Part shown: in pieces, positions 9,447 to 17,145 of the stretch
Position numbering within the stretch: the first letter of the stretch is position 1
Layout of the letters: every line of letters begins with the position of its first letter
Assembly: GCA_964421955.1 (NCBI GenBank)
Contig: CAYQYU010000001.1
Span: forward strand, 32,001-96,000
DNA: 64,000 nt
DNA from: an uncultured archaeon
GTDB taxonomy: Archaea > Nanohalarchaeota > Nanosalinia > Nanosalinales > Nanosalinaceae
Reading direction: 5' to 3'
Position numbers and translations under genes: made by a program
Notes under the pieces: generated by a model
What the model was told of the DNA's origin: nothing
Seen by the model: only the letters and a program-made list of their open reading frames with translations
Databases searched by the model: none

Positions 9447-9455
9447 TTTTATAAA
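9447..9455 (+). promoter_or_regulatory. TATA box for the 9510/10620 gene pair
   Basis: TTTTATAAA in the divergent intergenic region, followed by a G-rich leader before ATG 9510. Confidence 0.6.
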
Positions 9456-9509
9456 CTACCTCAGATCAATCCAACACAGGGGGCAAGGGGGTAATAAGCG
9501 TGAGCTCTC

Positions 9510-10574
9510 ATGCAAGCAAACCTCCAACCAACCAACCACGGCCTGAAAAAAGTTGTACTTTCTCTAATACCTCTTGCGCTACTGCTGAGCGGCGTGTTCT
9601 TCGTATCGGCTCAGGGCTCTGAAAACAACATTAACGTCTCCGTAAATATCAGCGAGAAGACGATTATCGATATTCAGCCGAAGGAGTTCGCATACGGTCA
9701 GGGCTCGACACTCGTTGAACCGGGAACTGTTGCAGGTCCATCCCAGGAGCAGAGCGGGTACGGCCGCATACAGGTCGAGAACCTGGGATCGGTAAACATC
9801 ACCCAGATATGGTTCAACGCTTCCTACCCATCGCAGAGACCGTTCGGTACAGGTACCGCAACATACTACGACTCGGCCAACTTCATAGCCCTCAACCGCA
9901 GCGGCGGATCAGCACCCAACCAGTTCATAAATCGTGTAGAGTACGGACTGGACCAGCCAGCCGCCCAGGACATAATCTACCTCGACACAAATAGTAACTG
10001 GGATTACGGTAGGTTCAGGAACACCTCGAGAGAATACTTCTGGGCTGTGGACGACGAAAGCGGAAGCGATCTTGGAGGAAATACCTTCAGGATTGGGCAG
10101 GTGCCTCACACATCGGACCAGACAGGAACAACAGACCTCCAGGGCGCTGTAGGCTCCACCTGTGACGGAGGAGACAACCCCGGAGGATCTAACGCATGTA
10201 ACAGCTACACTCTGCAGCAGGCAGGTTCCACCGACTGGTACGTCACAGAGGTAGAGATAGGAGTACAGGACAGCGGCGCAGGAATCCAGGCTGGCGGACA
10301 GGTCTACTGTGCCGCCATGAATAACACCAAAGTACACGGTGTAAACTCAGATCCTCCCGTACACTTCATAAAATGGAACAAGGGTCATCCCGCGGTCCAG
10401 AACGGAGGTGCCGACTGTTCCTGGGCAACCAACTATACGGTCGGAGACTCTGCAGGAGATAGTCTGGACCCTGGTGCCTGGGAGATAATGAATGTTAGAG
10501 CGAGAGTACCATATGGTGTTGTTTCAGCACAGCTGCCGAAAGGCAATGTCTTTGTTCTCGCTAACAGCGGATAA
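9510..10574 (+). CDS. Secreted beta-rich protein, candidate filament subunit (paralog A)
   Basis: Sec signal peptide (…FVSA|QG), no TM anchor; shares ENLGSxNI.Q.W, PFG, YD..NFI, F.NR.EY, W.YGRFR…FWA and VP.G motifs with the next gene. Confidence 0.85.
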   Translation: MQANLQPTNHGLKKVVLSLIPLALLLSGVFFVSAQGSENNINVSVNISEKTIIDIQPKEFAYGQGSTLVEPGTVAGPSQEQSGYGRIQVENLGSVNITQIWFNASYPSQRPFGTGTATYYDSANFIALNRSGGSAPNQFINRVEYGLDQPAAQDIIYLDTNSNWDYGRFRNTSREYFWAVDDESGSDLGGNTFRIGQVPHTSDQTGTTDLQGAVGSTCDGGDNPGGSNACNSYTLQQAGSTDWYVTEVEIGVQDSGAGIQAGGQVYCAAMNNTKVHGVNSDPPVHFIKWNKGHPAVQNGGADCSWATNYTVGDSAGDSLDPGAWEIMNVRARVPYGVVSAQLPKGNVFVLANSG

Positions 10575-10619
10575 ATCAAAATCAGACAAAACCCACAAAA
10601 CAAGGAGGTGAAACACAAG

Positions 10620-11669
10620 ATGAAAACAAACAAGGCGACCTTGACCAGCGTAGTACTCGCAGCAGTAATCCTGGGAATGACAGCAACAGTAGCGGCACAG
10701 CCCGCTCTATCAGACGATCAGGATAATGCAACAGTCTACGTCACAGTCGCGAGCAAGATAGCAGTCGACATCAGCCCCTCCAACATGAGCTACAGCGGAA
10801 TAAATCCAGGAGAGTTCGTCAACGAGAGTGACGACGTGACCGCGGGACCAGGAAACCAGGGATGGACCGGAGTCGAGATAGAGAACATCGGTTCAGAGAA
10901 CATCTCCCAGGTATGGCTCAACACATCAGTACCTACAAACAATCCATTCGGAGGAGGTGGAGCAGCTGCCTACGACGCAGGCAACTTCATCGTTGTCAAC
11001 TCTTCAGGAGACACTCCTGACGGATTAGAGGGGCTTGCTGGACCTGACAGCAACTACACCTACGTCAATAGGAGAGAGTACAACGAGTCGAACAGGCTTT
11101 CCTACATCTTCACTCCAGATGCAGGTGAGTGGAGATACGGGAGATTCAGATCAGGCGACCAGGAATTCTTCTGGGCGATCAACGTAACCTCGGGAGGAGC
11201 CTGCCAGACAGGAGATGCAGGAGACTTCAGAGTAGGAAACAGGGCTCACAACCAGTCAAGCACAGGATCAGTCGATTTCACGGCTGGTGGAGACTTTACG
11301 GCCTACACTCCTACCTCACCGGCAGGAGCATCCGAGCAGGTTCTGGTTCCAAACGTCCAGATCTCACGGCCTGACGGCGTCAGCAGGAGTTACGATGTCC
11401 TGGTCAACTGTGACGACAGCGGAGCCACAGGAACCTTTACCATGAGGACGAAGTACAATCCAACGATGGGAGAGGCCACCGACCTGACAGTTGACGGTAC
11501 GGTTGCACAGCACCTGATCAACTCGACAGCTCCAGCAAGCAGCGAACAGGAGCTCCAGCCAGGAGAGCACTTCTCCATCGATGTTGGTATCGAGGTCCCT
11601 CTGGGAGTAGCCAGTGGTGGAGTATCACCCGGTACCCTCAGAGTGTTTGTCAACAGCCTTGAAGGCTGA
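10620..11669 (+). CDS. Secreted beta-rich protein, candidate major filament subunit (paralog B)
   Basis: True start likely ATG 10620 behind a perfect SD GGAGGTG (10604-10610); Sec signal peptide; no anchor; paralog of 9510; followed by a T-rich terminator. Confidence 0.85.
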   Translation: MKTNKATLTSVVLAAVILGMTATVAAQPALSDDQDNATVYVTVASKIAVDISPSNMSYSGINPGEFVNESDDVTAGPGNQGWTGVEIENIGSENISQVWLNTSVPTNNPFGGGGAAAYDAGNFIVVNSSGDTPDGLEGLAGPDSNYTYVNRREYNESNRLSYIFTPDAGEWRYGRFRSGDQEFFWAINVTSGGACQTGDAGDFRVGNRAHNQSSTGSVDFTAGGDFTAYTPTSPAGASEQVLVPNVQISRPDGVSRSYDVLVNCDDSGATGTFTMRTKYNPTMGEATDLTVDGTVAQHLINSTAPASSEQELQPGEHFSIDVGIEVPLGVASGGVSPGTLRVFVNSLEG

Positions 11670-11679
11670 CCTCACCTCC

Positions 11680-11700
11680 CTTTTCTTTTCTCTTTATATT
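11680..11700 (+). terminator. Oligo-T archaeal terminator
   Basis: cttttcttttctctttatatt just after the stop of the 10620 gene. Confidence 0.6.
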
Positions 11701-11798
11701 CTCTGGCTAAGGAACTAGCTGCGGCTATCCCCCGGATCAGTTACGTTAGCCAGTACTGTTCGATTCTTTTTTTATTCGGTTGAACCAAATTGTCTCTC

Positions 11799-12809
11799 AT
11801 GACCAGCAAGTTTGAAGATATATCCGAGGAAGAACTCGAGGAACTCGTGAAGGAGTACGGCGAAAAAGTTCAGAAGGTCGAGGACGAGCTCCAGAAAGGT
11901 ATTGTCGGCCAGGAGGATGTCATCAGGAAAGTGCTTCTCTGCGTTGTAGCGGGAGGTAACGCCCTGCTCGAGGGAGTTCCGGGGCTCGGGAAAAGCCTTC
12001 TCGTTGAGCTGCTGGGCCAGACGGTTTCGGACTCCGAGTTCCACCGGGTGCAGTTCACACCTGACCTTCTTCCCGCAGATATCGTGGGTATCGAGGCATA
12101 CAACGAGGAGAAGGGATTCTACGTTGAGAAAGGACCTATCTTCGCGAATTTCATTCTGGCGGACGAGATCAACAGGGCGCCGCCAAAGGTCCAGAGTGCA
12201 ATGCTTGAAGCGATGCAGGAGCACAAGGTATCCATCGGTGACGACGACTACCATCTACCGGAGCCGTTCTTCGTGCTCGCGACCCAGAACCCTGTCGAGC
12301 AGGGAGGTACGTACCCGCTTCCGGAGGCTCAAGTCGACCGTTTCCTGTTCAAGATCTTCGTCGACTATCCAAAGAAAGAAAACGAAAGGAAGATTATCGA
12401 TATCAACGCCAATATCATCGACATCGACAACTTCGGCGTTGAAGAGGTGGTTACAAGGCAGGAGCTGCTCGACATCCAGGATCTATCAAAGCATATAATC
12501 GTGAGCGACGAGGTGAAGGCTTATATTGTCGATCTGGTAACAGCCACGAGAAACCCGGAGGAGTACGGCATAGAGGTCGGGGAGTACATCGACTACGGCG
12601 CGTCCCCGAGAGCATCCATCAACCTGGCGCTGGCAGCACGGGCCCAGGCCCTCTCGGAGAAGAGGCACTACGTGACGCCTGAAGACATCAGGAACGTCAT
12701 AACAGAGGTATTCCAGCACAGGATACTGCTCAACTACGAGGGAGAGGCAAAGGACATCAGTAAAAACGATATAATCGAACAGGTCGTGAACAGAGTACCG
12801 GTGAGATAG
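11799..12809 (+). CDS. moxR: MoxR-family AAA+ ATPase
   Basis: Walker A GVPGLGKS, RVQFTPDLLPADI, Walker B LADEINRAPPKVQSAMLEAM, ATQNPVEQGGTYPLPEAQVDRF, GASPR; ATG 11799 preferred over TTG 11790. Confidence 0.95.
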   Translation: MTSKFEDISEEELEELVKEYGEKVQKVEDELQKGIVGQEDVIRKVLLCVVAGGNALLEGVPGLGKSLLVELLGQTVSDSEFHRVQFTPDLLPADIVGIEAYNEEKGFYVEKGPIFANFILADEINRAPPKVQSAMLEAMQEHKVSIGDDDYHLPEPFFVLATQNPVEQGGTYPLPEAQVDRFLFKIFVDYPKKENERKIIDINANIIDIDNFGVEEVVTRQELLDIQDLSKHIIVSDEVKAYIVDLVTATRNPEEYGIEVGEYIDYGASPRASINLALAARAQALSEKRHYVTPEDIRNVITEVFQHRILLNYEGEAKDISKNDIIEQVVNRVPVR

Positions 12810-13694
12810 TTGACCGACGACCGCATCGACAGGAAAGAGCTTATCGACCAGATAGATGCGGAGGTCAGGAAAGTATCTGAAATATTCCGGCTGATCCTGA
12901 AGTACCGGGAGAGGTTTCAACCATCAGGCATCGAGTTCTCAGACCTGAGGAACTACCTTCCCAGCGATGACGCGAACAGGATAGACTGGAAGTCATCTAC
13001 AAGACTGAACGAACTCTATGTAAAGGAATTTGACGAGGAGAAGGATCTCGACACATTCGTGATCCTTGACGTATCAGACACCATGATGTTCGGCACCGCG
13101 GACAAACTGAAGAGCGAGTACTGCGCAGTACTGGCGGCAACGATCGCGCTCGCGTCCGTCGACAACGGGTTGAACGTCGGGTTCGGAATGTACGGCGACG
13201 AAACCACGTTCATGACGCCGGACGGCGGGCAGAAACAGTACCACGCGATACTCCATGAAGTAGCAAACTTCGATAACTACGGAGGAAAGTTCGATCTCGA
13301 TCAGGCAGTGAGCGACACTGTCGAACAGGTCAGGGAGAACACCGCTGTATTCATAATATCCGATTTCCTGGAGGTCGAGGGAGACTGGAAGTCAAAGGTC
13401 AAGCTCGCCAATAGCAAGTTCAGGCATGTCATGTCAATGATGATCCGGGATAGACGGGACTACAAACTTTCAGACTCCGGTAACATGAGACTCGAGTCCC
13501 CTGACGGATCACATAAGAGAGTTTACAATGTCAGTAGTCTCAAGAACCGTTTCGATGAGGAGGCCGCGAAACAGGAAGAACAGATAGAGACCAAGCTCAG
13601 GGGTGCGGGTTCAGGCTTCATGAAGATAGATACCAGGGACTCCTTCGCGGCCGAGTTCGCCTCCTACATGGACGAGGAGGGGGCAAAATGGTAA
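12810..13694 (+). CDS. DUF58 family vWA-like protein
   Basis: GIEFSDLRNYLPSDDANRIDWKSS…LYVKEFDEE…ILDVSDTM, IISDF; directly after moxR. Confidence 0.92.
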   Translation: MTDDRIDRKELIDQIDAEVRKVSEIFRLILKYRERFQPSGIEFSDLRNYLPSDDANRIDWKSSTRLNELYVKEFDEEKDLDTFVILDVSDTMMFGTADKLKSEYCAVLAATIALASVDNGLNVGFGMYGDETTFMTPDGGQKQYHAILHEVANFDNYGGKFDLDQAVSDTVEQVRENTAVFIISDFLEVEGDWKSKVKLANSKFRHVMSMMIRDRRDYKLSDSGNMRLESPDGSHKRVYNVSSLKNRFDEEAAKQEEQIETKLRGAGSGFMKIDTRDSFAAEFASYMDEEGAKW

Positions 13695-14638
13695 AGCTGA
13701 TTTTTACAGACCAGTACGCCAGCATCCTGCTACTGGTCAACGGGCTGGCGATACTTCTCTTCCTCGCTGCAAAGAAGAAAAACAGGCAGAGAGCCATAAA
13801 ATTCGGGAACTACGAAACCCTCCAGAAGATCGCGGGCAAGAATTTCCTGAAATCCAGCAACTTCATGCTATTCATGCGTATGCTGGCGCTCACAGCACTT
13901 ATAGTCGGGCTCTCAAACCCTGTACTAGTTGAACAGCTGCCCGCAGGAACCTCTGACTACGTGCTAGCCATCGACTCGTCGGCCTCGATGCTTGCAGAGG
14001 ACCTCGATCCCAGCAGGTTCGAGGCCGCGAAAAGCCTGTCATCCAATTTCATCTCGAAACTAGCCGAAGAGACCTCTGTCGGAGTGGTATCTTTCTCGGG
14101 ATCGGTCACGAACGAATTATCGCCCAGTAACGACAAGCAGAGGGTTGTCGAGGCTATCCAGGACATAGACACGGGAGAAGAGGCCGGAACGGCCATCGGT
14201 GATGCTCTATCAGCCTCGATCTCGATGCTGCTCGGCACGAACAAGACCCGGTCCGTCATACTCATCACAGACGGCCGGAACAACGTCGGAAGTTCTGTGA
14301 ATGACTCGATTGAGTTCGCCGTCAGGAATAATGTAACTGTGTATACGATAGGTATCGGCAGCAACCAGAACTCCACACAGACAGGATTGCTGGATGATAG
14401 GAACGGTTCAAGGGCAGAGTTCCCCAACCTCAACGAGGGCCAGCTCTCACAGGTCGCTAACGAAACTGGAGGTAGATTCATCGCGGTATCGGAGACAGGT
14501 GAGCTGGAATCGGCACTTATAAGCGTGGAGCAGAAAAAGCGAGAACGGGATATCTCGAAGTACTTCATCTTCTTCGCGACCGCGCTCCTACTTACCGAGT
14601 GGGTTCTTGGAGTAACACGATACAGCCCCATCCCATAA
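13688..14638 (+). CDS. BatA-like membrane-anchored von Willebrand A protein
   Basis: N-terminal TM segments, MIDAS DSSAS…GTAIG…LITDG, VYTIGIG, C-terminal TM. Confidence 0.9.
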   Translation: MVKLIFTDQYASILLLVNGLAILLFLAAKKKNRQRAIKFGNYETLQKIAGKNFLKSSNFMLFMRMLALTALIVGLSNPVLVEQLPAGTSDYVLAIDSSASMLAEDLDPSRFEAAKSLSSNFISKLAEETSVGVVSFSGSVTNELSPSNDKQRVVEAIQDIDTGEEAGTAIGDALSASISMLLGTNKTRSVILITDGRNNVGSSVNDSIEFAVRNNVTVYTIGIGSNQNSTQTGLLDDRNGSRAEFPNLNEGQLSQVANETGGRFIAVSETGELESALISVEQKKRERDISKYFIFFATALLLTEWVLGVTRYSPIP

Positions 14639-14686
14639 AGCCTTAATTAAAGCAAAACCAAAACCTTCTCTAGAGACTGGTATATA

Positions 14687-16546
14687 ATGCCCGAAAATCT
14701 CGATCTAGAAACCATAATATCTCTCATAGAGGGGCCTGTAGACGAGCTGGAGATTTTCGTCGAGTCAAACGATTTGAGAGAGAGCCAGCTCGAGACTCTC
14801 CTGAAGGCGGAAAAGATGGCGGGCAACAGAAGGGAGGTGGTGGAGTACCTCAGAAAGAAGCTCGACCGGGAAGAGAGCCACGGTAACTACACCCAGAAGA
14901 CCATCGGGATACTCAAGGCTGTCCAATACGACGGTGAGGAGCCCAAGCTTGTCCTTGAGATCGATGGCATAAAGTTCGAGCTCGAAAACACTCCCTCACT
15001 ATCATTTGCCAACCACTCCTTTAGGCCGGTACACAAGGGCGAAGAGGACCACCTGAAAGGTCTGGAACTGCTTGAAGGCAGCTCCGGTACCGCCACAGAA
15101 GGACGGTCCAGTAAAAGAAGGGGTACAACCGGATCAGGTACTACTACTTCTGGTCGTGGTAACGATAGAGGTAATGATAGAGGTAGAGAAGCGGGCGCCG
15201 CAGAAAATACTAGAACTGTGGCGGAAAACAGGCGTAGTACGGACGAACTCGAAGACGATCTGGATAGAGCGCTCGAACAGGTCAGGAAAGAAGAGAAAGA
15301 CGGGGAGGAGGAAGAGGATGAAGAACTGCTCGAGGAGATGCGTGAAATAGAGCAGGAGCAGGGAACAGAGCAACTGAGGAACGAGCTTGAGGAGCTTGGA
15401 TACGACCGGGAAGAGCTCGAAGAAATGTCTCTTGAGGAACTCAGGGAGCTAAAAAAGAAAATTGAACACAAGAAGAAGTGGCTCCAGGAAGAACTCGGTG
15501 CCGATCCCGAAATGGTCGAGGGAAAGACTCTGGAAGAGCTGAAATACCTGGAGAAACAGCTGGAGGATCGGCGTGGACTCGTGGAATACCTGGAACAGTA
15601 CGGTTACACGCCGGAAGAACTCGAGGGCAGATCAGCCGACGAACTTGGAGAACTCCTTGAGGAGATGCAGAGGAAGGAAGAAATCCTGGAAGATATCGGG
15701 GTCGAGATGCCCATGGAGGAGTTGAAGGAAATAGATGTAGAAGAACTTGAGGCCATAAGAGACGAGAAAAAGGAGCGCGAAGAACTCATAGAGGAACTCC
15801 AGGAACATGGTCTCGATGAGGATGAGCTGAGAAGCTCCAGCACCAGCGACCTGAAGATGCTGAAACGCGATCTCTCGGGCACCAGCATGCAAGAATACCA
15901 GAACATACTCCGGCAGACACCCCAGCAGATCCAGGAGTCAGTTAATGAAATGGATGACCTTGATCTCGAAAGGTTGCTTGAGCTGGAAAAGCAGGGTCAG
16001 GCCCGCGCCGAAGTGCTAGACTTCCTCCACCGGGAGATAGAGAAGATGGAGGAAAACTACGAGGAAGAGGCCGAGGAAGACCTCGAAATGTTGATGGGCG
16101 CCCGGAACGGGAAAGAAGAGGAGAAAGAGAAGAAAAAGCCGACAGACAGTATAGGCGACAGGATAGCCGACTTCAGGCAGCAGTTCAAGGATGCGTGGGA
16201 CATGAGGACCAGCGCCAACTCCCAGAGCAAAGAGGAGGCCAAGAGAGACCAGAAAGTAATGAACCTGCTTGAAAGATACAGGAGACTCGGTAGAGAGGAA
16301 AGCGCCGTGAAGACCGCACAGGTAATGAAAGGATACCTGGAATACAAGCTCGACATAGAGCACGAGATGACCTACCAGGAACTGGTGGAGAACCTCGGAG
16401 AGGTGGCTGACGAGAACCAGAACATAGGCACACTCATAGACTTCTTCGAGTCGATGCAGAGGCAGGAGTACAGCGGCAACATCACGGCGGACATGGAAAA
16501 TGTTATAGACGCGGCAGAGCAGACAGTAGCGGAGCTACGCGGCTGA
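14687..16546 (+). CDS. Very acidic helical-repeat protein
   Basis: 619 aa; five ~32-aa repeats (e.g. LEELGYDREELEEMSLEELREL), two LE.LL..EK…R.EV motifs, C-terminal YLEYKLDIEHEMTYQEL domain. Confidence 0.85.
   Translation: MPENLDLETIISLIEGPVDELEIFVESNDLRESQLETLLKAEKMAGNRREVVEYLRKKLDREESHGNYTQKTIGILKAVQYDGEEPKLVLEIDGIKFELENTPSLSFANHSFRPVHKGEEDHLKGLELLEGSSGTATEGRSSKRRGTTGSGTTTSGRGNDRGNDRGREAGAAENTRTVAENRRSTDELEDDLDRALEQVRKEEKDGEEEEDEELLEEMREIEQEQGTEQLRNELEELGYDREELEEMSLEELRELKKKIEHKKKWLQEELGADPEMVEGKTLEELKYLEKQLEDRRGLVEYLEQYGYTPEELEGRSADELGELLEEMQRKEEILEDIGVEMPMEELKEIDVEELEAIRDEKKEREELIEELQEHGLDEDELRSSSTSDLKMLKRDLSGTSMQEYQNILRQTPQQIQESVNEMDDLDLERLLELEKQGQARAEVLDFLHREIEKMEENYEEEAEEDLEMLMGARNGKEEEKEKKKPTDSIGDRIADFRQQFKDAWDMRTSANSQSKEEAKRDQKVMNLLERYRRLGREESAVKTAQVMKGYLEYKLDIEHEMTYQELVENLGEVADENQNIGTLIDFFESMQRQEYSGNITADMENVIDAAEQTVAELRG
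15156..15185 (+). repeat. Short 12-bp tandem repeat encoding RGNDRGNDRG
   Basis: ggtaacgatagaggtaatgatagaggt within a low-complexity linker. Confidence 0.5.
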
Positions 16547-17145
16547 TGCTGCCCGAAGACTACTTAGAGGAGATAGAGGAGGAAGCCCAGGGTAAAGAAA
16601 GACACCTTCTTCTCGGAATAACGGCATTAATGCTTTTCACTGTCTCCTTACTATATCTTGGGCCGCTCCTGCACGAGGTTTCCCATGCAGTCGTGCTCGA
16701 ATCAATAGGATGCGAGTACAGCTTCAAGACCATGAGCAGTTATGAAGGAGTATACGGCGAGGTACAACCTTTATGCACCATGGAAGACATACAGCTCATA
16801 ATCTTCTACCTCATAGGATACGTCAACGTCTTCCTGGCCGGCGCTGTCCCGGGCATCTGGATCCACTTCTCCGAGACAGATCACTGGAAGGAGATTCTCT
16901 ACGGCAGCGCTGGAACTGGTTTCCTGGGCTCGCTACTCCTCAGCATCTCACGGACAGGTGACATACCCAACACTCTCAGGATACTCGGGCTTTCCACAGA
17001 TTACAGCATCCTGGTATCGATCGTGTTTTTCATCATGACCGCAGTCGTGGGATTCAAGCTCCTGGAGATGTTTCTGGCGACTAGAACGGCAGAAGAGATG
17101 CAACAGGAAGGCCGTAGTAGGTCACCACAGAATACATCAGAATGA
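16546..17145 (+). CDS. Membrane zinc metalloprotease, M50/site-2-protease-like
   Basis: TM-embedded LLHEVSHA (HExxH), distal TGDI, four hydrophobic segments; TGATG coupling to the upstream gene. Confidence 0.7.
   Translation: MLPEDYLEEIEEEAQGKERHLLLGITALMLFTVSLLYLGPLLHEVSHAVVLESIGCEYSFKTMSSYEGVYGEVQPLCTMEDIQLIIFYLIGYVNVFLAGAVPGIWIHFSETDHWKEILYGSAGTGFLGSLLLSISRTGDIPNTLRILGLSTDYSILVSIVFFIMTAVVGFKLLEMFLATRTAEEMQQEGRSRSPQNTSE

Noticed and set aside
10608-10619. GTG start at 10608
   Set aside because: This GTG is part of the Shine-Dalgarno GGAGGTG; ATG 10620 is correctly spaced
9510-11669. Type IV pilins, archaellins or classical haloarchaeal S-layer glycoprotein
   Set aside because: Ordinary Sec signal peptides with no class III motif, and no PGF-CTERM or TM anchor; an atypical S-layer role is not fully excluded
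11670-11680. Anti-SD-like CCTCACCTCCC right after the subunit stop codon (could pair with its own SD or serve an antisense ORF)
   Set aside because: Short, merges into the pyrimidine-rich terminator, and is too far (about 17 nt) from the antisense TTG; chance is likely
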